DNA of 64,000 bases, from the NCBI GenBank assembly GCA_964199315.1, contig OZ116701.1, positions 10,540,001 to 10,604,000 of the forward strand, in the 5' to 3' direction. Each line of letters starts with the position of its first letter. Position 1 is the stretch's first letter. The notes under the pieces are model-generated. The model had not been told where the DNA came from, searched no databases, and saw nothing but the letters and a program-made list of their open reading frames with translations. The stretch comes from Orbicella franksi. Taxonomy: Eukaryota. Position numbers and translations under genes: made by a program. Below are positions 24,401-36,400 of this stretch, in pieces.

Positions 24401-25699
24401 TGATGAAAATTGATTGCGTCCAATAGTCAGAAATAAAAGGTATGTCGTTGCTCTTCAGAGCTAAATTCGTCTCGACTCTGAATATTTACGTTAATTTCAT
24501 GCTTAGTATAGTGGTTATTTTAACACACTGCTGCTAAACATGGCATTAAAAATAGCCTCGGCCTCGGTACTATTATTACTGAGAAAACGCCATTGATTTT
24601 AATTCGATGACACACTTCGATTCATCAAACACCTTGAAAACGTTTTAGATGAGCGCAAAAAAAAATAAAAAAACGTTTTGATATTTCTTTGCGGATGAAA
24701 ATTATCTTAATATTTCGCAAGCAGATAGACTGACGGATGATTCTGGTCACGGTTATTTTTTGGGGAAGCTAAAAAAATCCCCTGTGCTTGAATGATTAGA
24801 CAACAGACGTCGGTTAAACTGGATCTTCAGTTACTATTTGTTTTTCCTTTCTTTCTTTTCTCCACTTTTTCTGGTGAGTTACAAATCGATGAACATGATG
24901 TGAAACAGTAGTACTTCGTTTTGAGTGTTTTATTCCTGTTTTAATTCCTTTATCGGACCATTCAACAGCATTCAACCCACACAGATGTTTATCTTCTAGG
25001 CACTTCAGTAAAGACACAACAAGAGAATTGAGATCAGTTCTTTTTGAGCTTCCCCTCATTTATTATCAACGCGAACTTGCAACTGTTTGATCCTTTTGTC
25101 GTGAAAAACACTTTCCAATGTGTTTATTTACTTAAGAGAAATGTCTTTGTAAATAAGGAGCGAATCTGGTTGGCAAGCAGCATTTAGGAAAATTTGCATG
25201 AATTAACACTGAAGGGGAGGCTTCCAAAAATAACCCATAAAATGACAAACTGAATTCCAAGCTCTAATATACGACTTTTCCTCCTACAATCATTGCTTTA
25301 ATACTGAAACGACAAAAATGTCACGATTACTATACTAAATACTGTATTTCCTAGTGATCTCTGCGGGTGAGAAATACCCACCAAGATAGGTGGAACAGTG
25401 ACTAACCCTCATTGTACCCTAGCCCCGCCTAAGTACCATGACTTCATGTGCGCAAAATTTACTTTACATTTAGAGTAAGTTTTTAGTTTGTTGCCGTTGT
25501 TCGCATTTTTCTTTCCTTCGTCTAGCTTCCTTTCCTAGCAATGGCTTTTGTGACTCTCGGCTTCTGGTTACGTTTATACTCTCCGTGCAAACGTTACCAT
25601 TCAGGTGCATTCAAGTTTTTCTGTCAAACATGAGCAAACCAAACTGTTTGTGAGAAAGACGTTGATTTCGTTTTCACGAGCTTCAGACAAGGAAAAAAA

Positions 25700-25860
25700 A
25701 TTATGTGTCCCCGACGAGGGTCAAACCCCGTGACATACGTCAGTGAAATACATCGGTCGGCGGTCTGATTCTCAGGCCACTAAGCTACAATGGGGCACGC
25801 TCATTTACTTGCTGGTTTCTTTAAAGTATGTGACACGCATTTTGCATACTGTCGGGCTAC
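25700..25860 (-). mobile_element. Diverged relative of the tRNA-derived element at 10 kb
   Basis: Shares gtccccgac, ccact(a/g)agctac and ttgcatactg blocks in the same order. Confidence 0.55.
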
Positions 25861-28800
25861 GAGCATTTTAGGAAGGGCCTTGTGTTTATGTTTTGTTTTT
25901 GGACATGTTTTTGACACTCAGATTTTCAAGCTTCGCTGTAAACCTGACGGAATCAAAGCGTTCTGCCTAAAAACGTACGGCAACGCTAGCAAGGAGAATG
26001 TTGCATTGCCTGTTGTCTTTCTGTACTGACTTCTCGGTGGCTTCTGTCCACCTTCATATGTAAGCACGAGGGAGAGGTTTCCTCTCTTTGATGGCGGCGC
26101 TGTTCAAAGTTGAGTGTCGCGACTCCAAGAAAAGCCTCTTGTTATAGTTTGTAACACCGCGTTATAAATGGGTTATAAATCTTGAGACATTTCGTAGCGT
26201 CCTTAGCCGTCCTCTTCAAAACAACCATGCAAAGAGACTGTACAAAGGTACAAGGTTCAATCTAAAATGAATATCTAACGAAGGAAATGACATAAGGGCA
26301 GATCAAGCAGAATTCGAAAAGTACAAAGTACGATTTGAATACAATCTGAGTGAGAGCAAGAAACTGCGACTACATCGTAAGGTAAATTACTACTCTTGGC
26401 TTTTAGGAAAGGTTTCAAAATCGTAAAATATAGCTTAGTGTAGCATGACTGGCGAACAGTAAATCCTCTCGTAACAAGGACGTAAACCACGATGGCTGGT
26501 TTTTTCGTATTTCTCGTGTCGACTTGCCTGAATGCTTTCCTTTCCTGTTCAACTAAGCCACATGTAGTCCATGAACCAAATGACACACGAGGAAGGACCG
26601 GTTGTAAGGCAAAAATTTTACTCTAGCGGTGTTCTTCAATAGAGTATGAATTCATTCTATACAAGGCGTTGTCCTTGGCGTTGCCGTCGTTATTGCTTAA
26701 GCTCCTTATGTACTAAAGAGGGAGTTTTAGGATTCATGACCCTGATGACCTGGATTTCATGACTGCTGTTTACAACTAGTGTTTTTTTTTCTCGGTAACT
26801 GTGAACTAGTCACTAACTGCTAGATAGTGGTGTTTGTTTTTTTGTTCACAATACTTCGTTCATTAGTCTACTATGCTTTGTAGCGATATAGAGAACTGAC
26901 TGAGCTAAAAGTTTGTAAGATAGTCAAGGTCTTACATAATTCTCAATGGCTTGTTGTTATAATTACTTTGTTTTTATACTCGAGAATTTTGTGGTTAAAA
27001 ATTCGTCTGATTTATGCTCTCGTGCAGAGAAATGTTTATACGATGTATATCTTAGAGAATGTAGTCAATGGTACACGTCACTAACAAAGGAAGGAAGGAA
27101 GTTTATGAAACATTTCTAAGGTAATTTACAACTATTTAGTTTCCGGAGAAAACGATAAAAATTAATGTAATTACCAGCAATAAGTGTCCACAGTGTATCC
27201 ACACTCAAAAACAGACCAACAAGTTCATTCATCTTGTAGTAATTACAGGTATCTGCAAAAGCTATATTCACTGAACAGGGTATGAACTGCTCGAGAGAAA
27301 AAAATACGTCGCTAAGAAATTTGTTTCGTGACGATTATATATGTGGATGTGCACTACACAACTGTGTAGCCGCGTCGGGTTTATGGCGGGAAAACACCCG
27401 GCTGCACAGTGTGTGGCGGGAGTTTGTACGAAGCTGAGCGCAGCAGACAGTCCTCGAGTCAGCGGACGACAAACAAGAATTACGAGTAGGTTTCAATTTC
27501 AAACTTCATGTTGTTATTGTTCTGCTTTGACAAAGTCTTGAGGGAATGTTAGAGTTGGAAATAGCAGAGAAGGTAATCACTAAGTTAGTAGCCTCATTGT
27601 GTAATTTCGTTCCTTAATTAGGCTCCTAATCTCAGCGATCCTTGTGTTGTGAGTTTCAATGTATGCTAAATCTGTTATCAGACGTAGGTCGTAGCAGATT
27701 TTAGACATCTTTGAATACAAAGACCTACATTATTGTACTTTTGTAGCCCGTCGGCAGTAAAGACGGAAGTTTTATCGAGATTCATTCATGGAAAAAAAAT
27801 CGTTTAGGAAAGATTTTCACCTCAAACGTTTTCGAGAACAACCGCTTGCTATTCGCAAACGTAAATATTATGGTTCTACATTTTCCCTAAGACAAGAATA
27901 CCGCTGTGCAATTCGAGGCTTCAAAATTATTCTAGTTCATAGTTCAATTCAGTTCACAGTTCAAAATGAATGTTTCTCTTGAAAAACTAATTTTCGCCAA
28001 CTGGGGCAGCTCTGGGCAGCGACGCAAGTTTTCTAATTATGGCGGATGTTGTTGTATTTCGGAGCGTGTGGTCTTCACAAACAATATCTATTTCTACAAA
28101 GATTATTAGATACATTACAGCTCAAAGAGTTTGTTTAAAAATTAATGCAAGCTTATTTGACGAGAGCGCTAACACGGGAAGTCTTGCCGCACTAGCCAAT
28201 ATTTGTTCAAGAAAACATCTCGACCATTCATATCTGCAAATTAAAACATGACGCCATCGTCAAATAACGACCTGGCAATTTATTACTAACTTCCTCATTA
28301 GCATTATCAACTTGACAAGAAGCAGAGCTTTTGAAATAGAAAACATCTGCTGTATACCCGAATTCCCGGCTCAGCTGCAGTGTGATCTCAAAATTTCTCC
28401 ACATGGTCTCCAAACGTTAGTCGATTTTTGGTTGAAACAGTTTCTGGTTAGACTCAAGGTGTTCAGTTTTCCAGGCCAGTATGATCATGCTGTTCTTTAT
28501 TCTAGCCGTTAAATGGCTGAGAAAATCCAGAAGAAAAAAATATCTAACACGCTAGTGGTCAGGTACAAAAAACCGCAGCGCTAGGCTGGACCCCCGTGGA
28601 TGGAGTGATGTTTCCGCGAAAGGGGTAGCGCGCCATCGCTAACTGGAAATTCTTTCGTAAAGATTTGTTTCCTGAATTACCAATTTGAAAACATTACATG
28701 AAACTTGAAGTATCATTTAACTAACTGATAGCTAATCGAGGTCACTTGGTCAGCTTGTGAACTGATGCAACTGACATCACAATGTTGGGGTGTGACACGA

Positions 28801-31800
28801 TCACGTGAGACTACAATAGACTAGAAATAAACTCGGCACCTTTTTGATCAAAAAACATCTTGCGCACATCATGGTCAAATTTGATCGAATTTCTGTAGTA
28901 ATGGTCTAGCCCCGCCAAACGAAGTAGCTAATTGATCAGATAACAAGTGTTTAGAGTTAAGCTCCCCATCTCTGAACTTTTCCGTAACAGGCGGACCACC
29001 ATGTTAGCCCCGTTTAATGTGGAAAGTTTTTCTGGAATGGGTTCGTGGGCGCTTAGCGAGACCGGAAAGTCTGTCTTTTGTCAAAATTAATGGTCATTAA
29101 TTCCAGCCCAGCATTTCTTGGGCTGATATCTGTCGAGATAACGATAAAAAACTCGAGTAATCTTGGTATAGTGCACCATAATTGGATGCGAAAGAAAGCC
29201 AAATTGAGTTCGGTGTTACATAAGTTGTGTGCGGTCTGGGACGATCCATTGATATTTTTATAAGCCGAAACAGTCTTGTCTGAAGTAGAAGGTCCGTTCT
29301 TGAATACCACAAGGTGCCGATTCAAGACAAGCAGTTTGGTGGTCAAATTTCTGTTTAGGATTCTAATACCTCACTGTTTTTTAGTTTTTTCCGGTTTAAA
29401 TGAGTTGAAAACGAGCGAAAGTGATGTCGGCTGCTAATTGTGTTATTTTTGAAAACACGCATGAATTCTTACACGCGACTAACATTGTACAACAGCTAAA
29501 TTGCAAAGGAAGATTTGAGGTATGTAATGTATCATTTCTTAAATGATTTTCGGCTCTCTAACAAGCATCGAAACTTGGAAACGTTCATTAAAGACCTACA
29601 GCGAAGGCCTCGCTAAAATTCAACTCGATTACTCACGAAAGATAGGGGGTTAACCGTTTCTTTTGCAACCACGGCAGTTTTATGAAGAATTTAGGGGGCG
29701 TAGGCCAGATTCCATTCGGAGCTATCAAAATACATTGCAATCGTTTATAAATACGCTTTCCTATCGGAAAACGTGCGTCAATCCTAAGTGCCATAGTTTA
29801 AGTAAAATTCTGAGTATACTTAAGATTATTGCATCGATAGGTGTTTCATTAGAAATCTCGGTCAACTGTTTACAAACACTTGTATCTATTTCTGTCTCGT
29901 TGTTCCGTGGGGGTTGGTACGTGTTGATTTAGGGGGCTGGAGCGGGGTGGAGCTGTTCAGTTTCCTCTCGATACTGTTTTCCTGAAGGAAATATTGCGCT
30001 GTTAAATTCGAATATAAGACTAACTTCTTTTGTCACACTCTTTTGTATTCTGTATACCTTAGTCAGTATTTCGCGTGTAGACCTGACAGTATTCCTTTCT
30101 GCGGGATTTTAGCCGAGGGTTTACGAAACTGGAAACATCTCTGTCAAAACTGGCAGAAGTTCAAGTATTTTCTTTGTTATGCAAACAAAGCAAAAGAAGT
30201 GAATTGAATAATTGCTACTCGTGGCTTATTAAACCATAGCCGCCGGGTAATAGGACTACTTAGTTTCGCACACGTGTGTTTTAATTACTCATTTTTCCCT
30301 AGAGAAATTGTTTATTTATTCATACACAGGAAAAAATAGTAAGAGTAAATCCACTTTTATTTACGGCAACGCGACATGATCTTATAAACAAAACAAACGA
30401 ACAAACATATCACCGATAAACAAACTTCCTCCAAGCTCAACCGTGTAATCCCGGTCACAAAGCGAATTTACAGGTTTACATTTGCAACTTTACACTCTCT
30501 TTTCATGAGAAGAGTGGTGCATTGCTAGAGCTTCTACATAGCTAGTTCAAAAATGCCAGTGTTCTTTACAGGCGTTCTCAAGACGCGAAACGAACGGAGC
30601 TCGAAAGAATTAAGAACGAAAGCCGCCATCTTGAAAATTCCGCAACAGCAATGCATAGCGATCGTAATACGTATCACTTCCCCTCCGGAGCTGTGCATAT
30701 CTCTTAACACCCCGGGCTTGTCAAGAATGGTCAATTTATTGGCGCGTGCACCCTCCAGGGTGGTCTTAGAACGTCACGGCCTGTTTTTAAAATCTTAACA
30801 CTGCTGACGCGCTGTTGACCAATTAGAAGCCGATAGCGACCGGAATCAGGCTGTAGACGTTGGCGTTATGTTTGTTTTAATTACCTTCGATTCCTAATTG
30901 CTCGCTTACGCTAGATTATTTGAATTGCAAAAATATTTGCTTTGGAAGCATATCTGACGATTTAGAGGCTCGTTGTTGCGGTTTCTGTTCCAAACTACAG
31001 GAAGCAAGGATCAGACTGGGAAAACCCAAGTCGAAAGGTCACGGATGTTGGTATTGTTCTAAGAACAGAACAACCAATCGATTGCAGCTGCTTATCTTGG
31101 TTTGTCAGAGATTTTTTTAATCCACTTCTGTGCAGGCCACGGTTTTGTTCGGTCGATTTTGTAATGCGTGTGCTTGACTGTCCACGTAAAAGCACCGCTG
31201 TTTGGTCCGAAATTTGCCCACAGTTCGCGGGTGGTCTCTATCAGTAGGAAAACCTCAAGACACTGATCAAAGTCCTCGCGCGGTCGCTCAACTCTTACGA
31301 GACAGAAAGCACATGACGGTGACCCGCTTGAACGAGTGCATGGGAGAAAGAATTAACATGGAATCCCACGCAGTCACTTAGGTAATGATCCCAGAATAGA
31401 CTGGCGGGTAACGCGAAAACTATTCGCTGACCTGTACATAGATATCTGCTTGACTCCATTCTGCCTCGTCTGCTAATTCGTGCTTTTATTTATTGTGCAA
31501 CTACAAGACGATTGTGCGTACGGAATGTAAAACGCTGTTGTAAGGCGAGCTGTGTGTTATTGACGCCGTTCGGCCGTGCTAAGTATCCATTTGTGGCTGC
31601 AGATTTAACTCACTCATCGATTTATCACCCGTGACAATCAAAAGATTAGCAAGGCAACTCACTCACTCGGCCCTCGGGTCGGCTGCGGTGCCTTGTCGCA
31701 GATTTCTTGCACAGAAATCAAATTGATTTGTTTGTGAGACAGTGGAACCTTGCACGTAACGTTTCGGAGCGAGGTGAGTGAGCGTAAACTTCGGATAAGT

Positions 31801-33358
31801 TTCACACGACATTGTAATCCTCGTATTAGGCTTAAAACATTGTTTAGAAAACGAAACTAAAGAACAAGATTAGCGACAATAAAAGACACCTTTTGTGCCC
31901 TCTCGTCTTTCGGAATCTTTCTTTATCAGTTTTTGTTTCCTGTTGGTAACAAAGGACATAAACAAACCGATCGTGTGAAGAAGTCGCGCTTCGCTGCCTC
32001 ATCGAAAAAAAAATTCCCAGCTATTAAGAGACCACTCCAGAAATGAACAGTGACGGGAATTGTTCCCTAAAGAATTCACGGGGAGTCCCCCCACCCATAT
32101 GTACGCATGATTACGCTGCTATGCTGTGTACCTACCTGTATCTCTTGCATCACCGGTGACTTGACAACAGTCTGGGCTGCCACCTTATCAGGTCTAGATT
32201 TGAACCTGTACAGGACTAAGCTCAATGAATGACTAATGGACTTGCTCGGCTGTTTTCACTGTTGTGGTTACCAGACTGCGGCTTTGAATTTAAAGAAATT
32301 CCCTGATCGTACACGGCGGCGAATTCGGTGAGTAGCGCCAGGTCAGCTCTTTCTCACGCGCGCGTCTTACAAACGTACCCCTGCAGTGTTTTTATCTGGT
32401 ATCTCGAGTTATCTTGCGTATTCGTTCTCGCCGCAGAGGAAACAGTGGCGCACAGAAAGGACGACCAATTTAATTGAATCGATTTTTTAGCCTGGTAGGG
32501 TTTTTGGCATTTCCGAGTGAAATCAGCGTAGAAATTTCGTTTCATCAAACGCAGTCCATTGTGTGAGGTTTCCTGTATTAGTAGAAATAACGAAAAATCA
32601 GCGATAATATTACCGCGATGGTGCGATAATTGAAACATTTGAGGACACATAAGCGCGACATATCGACGAAACAGTCAGATTTCAATGGTCCTCGCTTTCA
32701 TGAGGTAGAAATCGTGTTGTAGTTGATATATTTTTGTTATTTTTCCGTTGGTATGCTTTGTTGCGTGGACAAGCCCATACACGTCCTTCACTCGATTGCT
32801 GGAGCGAGAGGACCATCTGTGATCCCGGGGGTTGAATTTCTACGCAATAATCATCGGCCTTTGACTTGATTTAGTGAAACCATTGTCTTCAGTTGCCAAG
32901 TCCGTCTCAAGCGCGAGCGAAGTACTTTGAAAGAGGTCCCGAAAGAGTTGGCTGTTATTCTCCAAATCAATACGTCAAACCCACAGGGTTCGTCTGCGAT
33001 AACACTTTGTGTACCTTTCAAATCAAGCAGCCGTGAAAAACGTATCAGCGCGAGCCCGTGAAAACACCTCGCGCCTTGCGTTGCGTTACGCATCTGACTT
33101 TCAATCTGGCTTGACGATCCGAGCTGGTGGAGATCTTAAAGATTGTCTTCCGCTTCCCAGTTTAACAGATGATGACAATTGACAACTGGTCCGTTAAGGA
33201 AGCTCATATTCACGTAACCAAAATTTAATCGCAATTATCTGCATGCTCTTTCAGGCTGTGCCTTGAGAGAAACGACGCACGACCATCACACCGAGGACTC
33301 GAGTGGGTTTTACCACACTCCGTGAAGATTACACTTTAATGAGTTGGGCACGAAACTC

Positions 33359-33469
33359 ATGCATTTGAGATACTTCATTCGGCATTCACTGGCCGCATTT
33401 TTGAAAGGAATACAGCGCCCAAACCTTGGAGTACTTGTGATTTTACTTTTGGCTGCGACGCTGCCTCAC
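33359..33469 (+). CDS. Delta: Delta coding exon 1 (signal peptide)
   Basis: [37 protein letters not shown]; donor CAC|gtgagt; upstream acceptor gctctttcag|g at 33254. Confidence 0.8.
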
Positions 33470-36400
33470 GTGAGTAATATACCATTTTATATTATTGTCA
33501 AGCCTTCATTTAAGACTCCCTTTCCATTTCACTTGACATTAATAGCGGTTTTGTTGGGATGTTTGCGTAATTTTTTAATCATAGCTGTTCTTAATTCGCG
33601 GTCAAGCTCGGATTGTCGAGATGAATAGATCAACGAATTAGAAATCAATAGATCTACAACTTTGAGATATCTTTCTCATAAATTAGCCTATCCAGTCATT
33701 TTTCGCACCTTTTATCGACAGCAAGATTTTTATCTACCTCAACCCTCTAAAAACCACTCTATGACCCTTTTATTTTTCTTTTGGGTCGTGTTTAGAGCAA
33801 CCCTCGCAAAACCCTTAAAGAACTTCAAGCAGTGATTTCTCTAAAAACGTACTTCACTAAAGAATGGAAAACAGCAGCGCGCGCTGTTGGAGGCTCGCGC
33901 GCGATCGACACGAACTTTTTCCATTTGGCGGATATTTCGTTTGTATTTGGAATTTCCTGTTTTTGAAGTACAAATTTTTATTTAAATAAAACCTGACGTC
34001 ACCCAGGCGGACGAGCAAATATACAAGATTAGTAAAAAGTTATTGTTTTCAAGGCATGCTCAACCCAGAATAGGTGCTGTATCTACTGTCTTATCAGTTA
34101 ATGTGCTTTATAAAGCATGCAACTGTAGTGATTATCTCGAGTTATTGACTTACTTAGCTACACAGGAAAAAAATTCCTTTTAGTGTAAAAGCTTTCTGTT
34201 TTTGTTTTCTTTTTGTGGCTGTTTTTGTTTTCTAATAAGGCGACTCGCGTACTTCAATCAACACTTGTTAACACGGCAGAAAGACTGAAGAAGACGCAAA
34301 AATTCTTAGCGGGATAAACTCCGTTCTAAAGTCCTCTTCAGTTTCCACCTTTATTTTACGCTAAAACTAAAAGGATTGCCTCGTTGTTAACCTTTGACTC
34401 GGGATTATGTTTTACTATTCAAATTTAACGAATAGAATGAATAAATTTAGACCCGCGAAAAAAGTACGCTTATTTTATGAGCTAGCGCCATTTTGTTCCC
34501 CACTTTTCTACAATTGCTGTGCTAAATCTCAATCAGGGTCTTCTAGAAGGACTGATCGGTTTTTTGATAGCTTCACTCGACCAGTTTTGGGGAATATATA
34601 GACAGCCTCTTATTTCCCGCTTTAATTTTATTTCTGTCATATTTTCAGACTCGGGCAACAGGAATGTTTGAAGTCCGATTCTTGGACTATGCGAATCCTG
34701 GGCAAAGAACCGAGCAGATGGCGTGCTGTAGTGGTCAAGAGGTAGGAGGGAACTGCTCTTCCCCCTGCAGCACGTTCTTCAGAGTCTGTGTCAGGCCTCT
34801 GGCCGATACCACCTCCTGTATCTTCGGTCAGAAGAACTCGGACGTACTGGGAAACAGTTCGTTTGCGATCCCGTCCAACAGTCTGCTGCAGATCCCAGGG
34901 CCGGACAGTTTGTCATGGCCGGTAAGACTAAACTTAGCATTTCCAATGGCCTCCGGAACAAAACGTGATTTTACATAATTTGACACAGTTGAAGTACATG
35001 TAAAAATATCATTTGGTCATACTGCTTTTGAACCTGCTGCACCCTTCCGGAACGAAATTTGGAGCAATGACACTATTTTGAGATTTTGATCAACGGTGTC
35101 AGTAGTTTTCCATCTTCTTTTCCTGCTTGAAACCATTTAATGCAACACAATATACTTAGACCTATTTCCGTTCCGTCGACTGATATGATAGAGGGTTTCG
35201 ATCTTGTGTGGGAAATTTCAGTTTCGAAGTTCGCGCGATTCTAAAGTATCACTTAACATGTGTCTCACGTTAAGACGTTTTCATTCTATTTTTGTGAATA
35301 CCGAGTTTGTGAACGCACAAGAACAAGGTGTTCCTATTGGAAAATGAAATAGCTACGGTGTCGCTCTCTCAATTCACGAACCAAAAACGTCTGTGGCGTG
35401 TTGATTTGCGTTTTTTTTTTATCACAGATAGCACAAGGCTCGAAGCGATAAACGAGTGAAGGCGATGAAATGCAATAGAGGCGACTGGACCACCGGTCTT
35501 GTCAAGGTGTAACTCGCGCGGGATCGTAAATGTCTGTTTTTGTCGATCTTTGAATCAAATTAGATGGCGGAACTTGACTCGATGTACGATTCCGTTTTGA
35601 CAAACGGAAGGATAATAAACTTGTCGTCTGGCAGTCGAGGAACTGGCGAGGAAATGAAATCATTATATATTGAGAAAATGACCTGCGAAACTATGACTTC
35701 TCGTCAGTTTTGGATATCAGATACAAAAGTGGATCGTAACTGGCTGCGTGAAATCTAAAACTTGAATCTAAGACTTCGATCCTTCGAAGCTCATTTCCTA
35801 GGAAACAGAGAAACCGCTTTGTTTCGGAGAGCAAGAAAAAAAAAAAGGAGAAAAAAAAACGTTTGACATTGTCACCGCGCGGTTCTCAAATATTGCTCAA
35901 ACGGCACGAAAACCAATATTTTTGTGCTATTTTTAAATTTTCTGTTATGATAAAAATTTAAAGTGATAATGTTCAGCGGGTCTATAAGCGAAGTGAAAGA
36001 TCAAGTTATATCGATGACAAATTTTGCTCCATGTGTCGTGACTGCCATGTTGGCACCAAACCGCTCAAGTGTAGTTTTGGCGAGCATTTGTTTTTTCCCA
36101 CCACGATTCTAAGGCGCTTGAACTTGTTCGCATATTTCTTCAGAAACGTTCTCTCGCATTACGCAAGCAAAGAGTTATTTCCATATTGGTGTAAATATAT
36201 GACTTGCTACTTGATTGATAATTATTCAGGCACGTGCCACAGTTCTTCAGGAATAAGCCTCGCGATTTAGCTGTAAAGTGAATTTGAGTGCCAGCTTCTA
36301 AAGTTATTTACCGAAATCCAGAGCGTTTGATCGTATTACACGTCGTCTTCAGCCTGTTTTGTCTAAACCCGTGCAAGCATGATTCTCTATTCCGCGCGCG

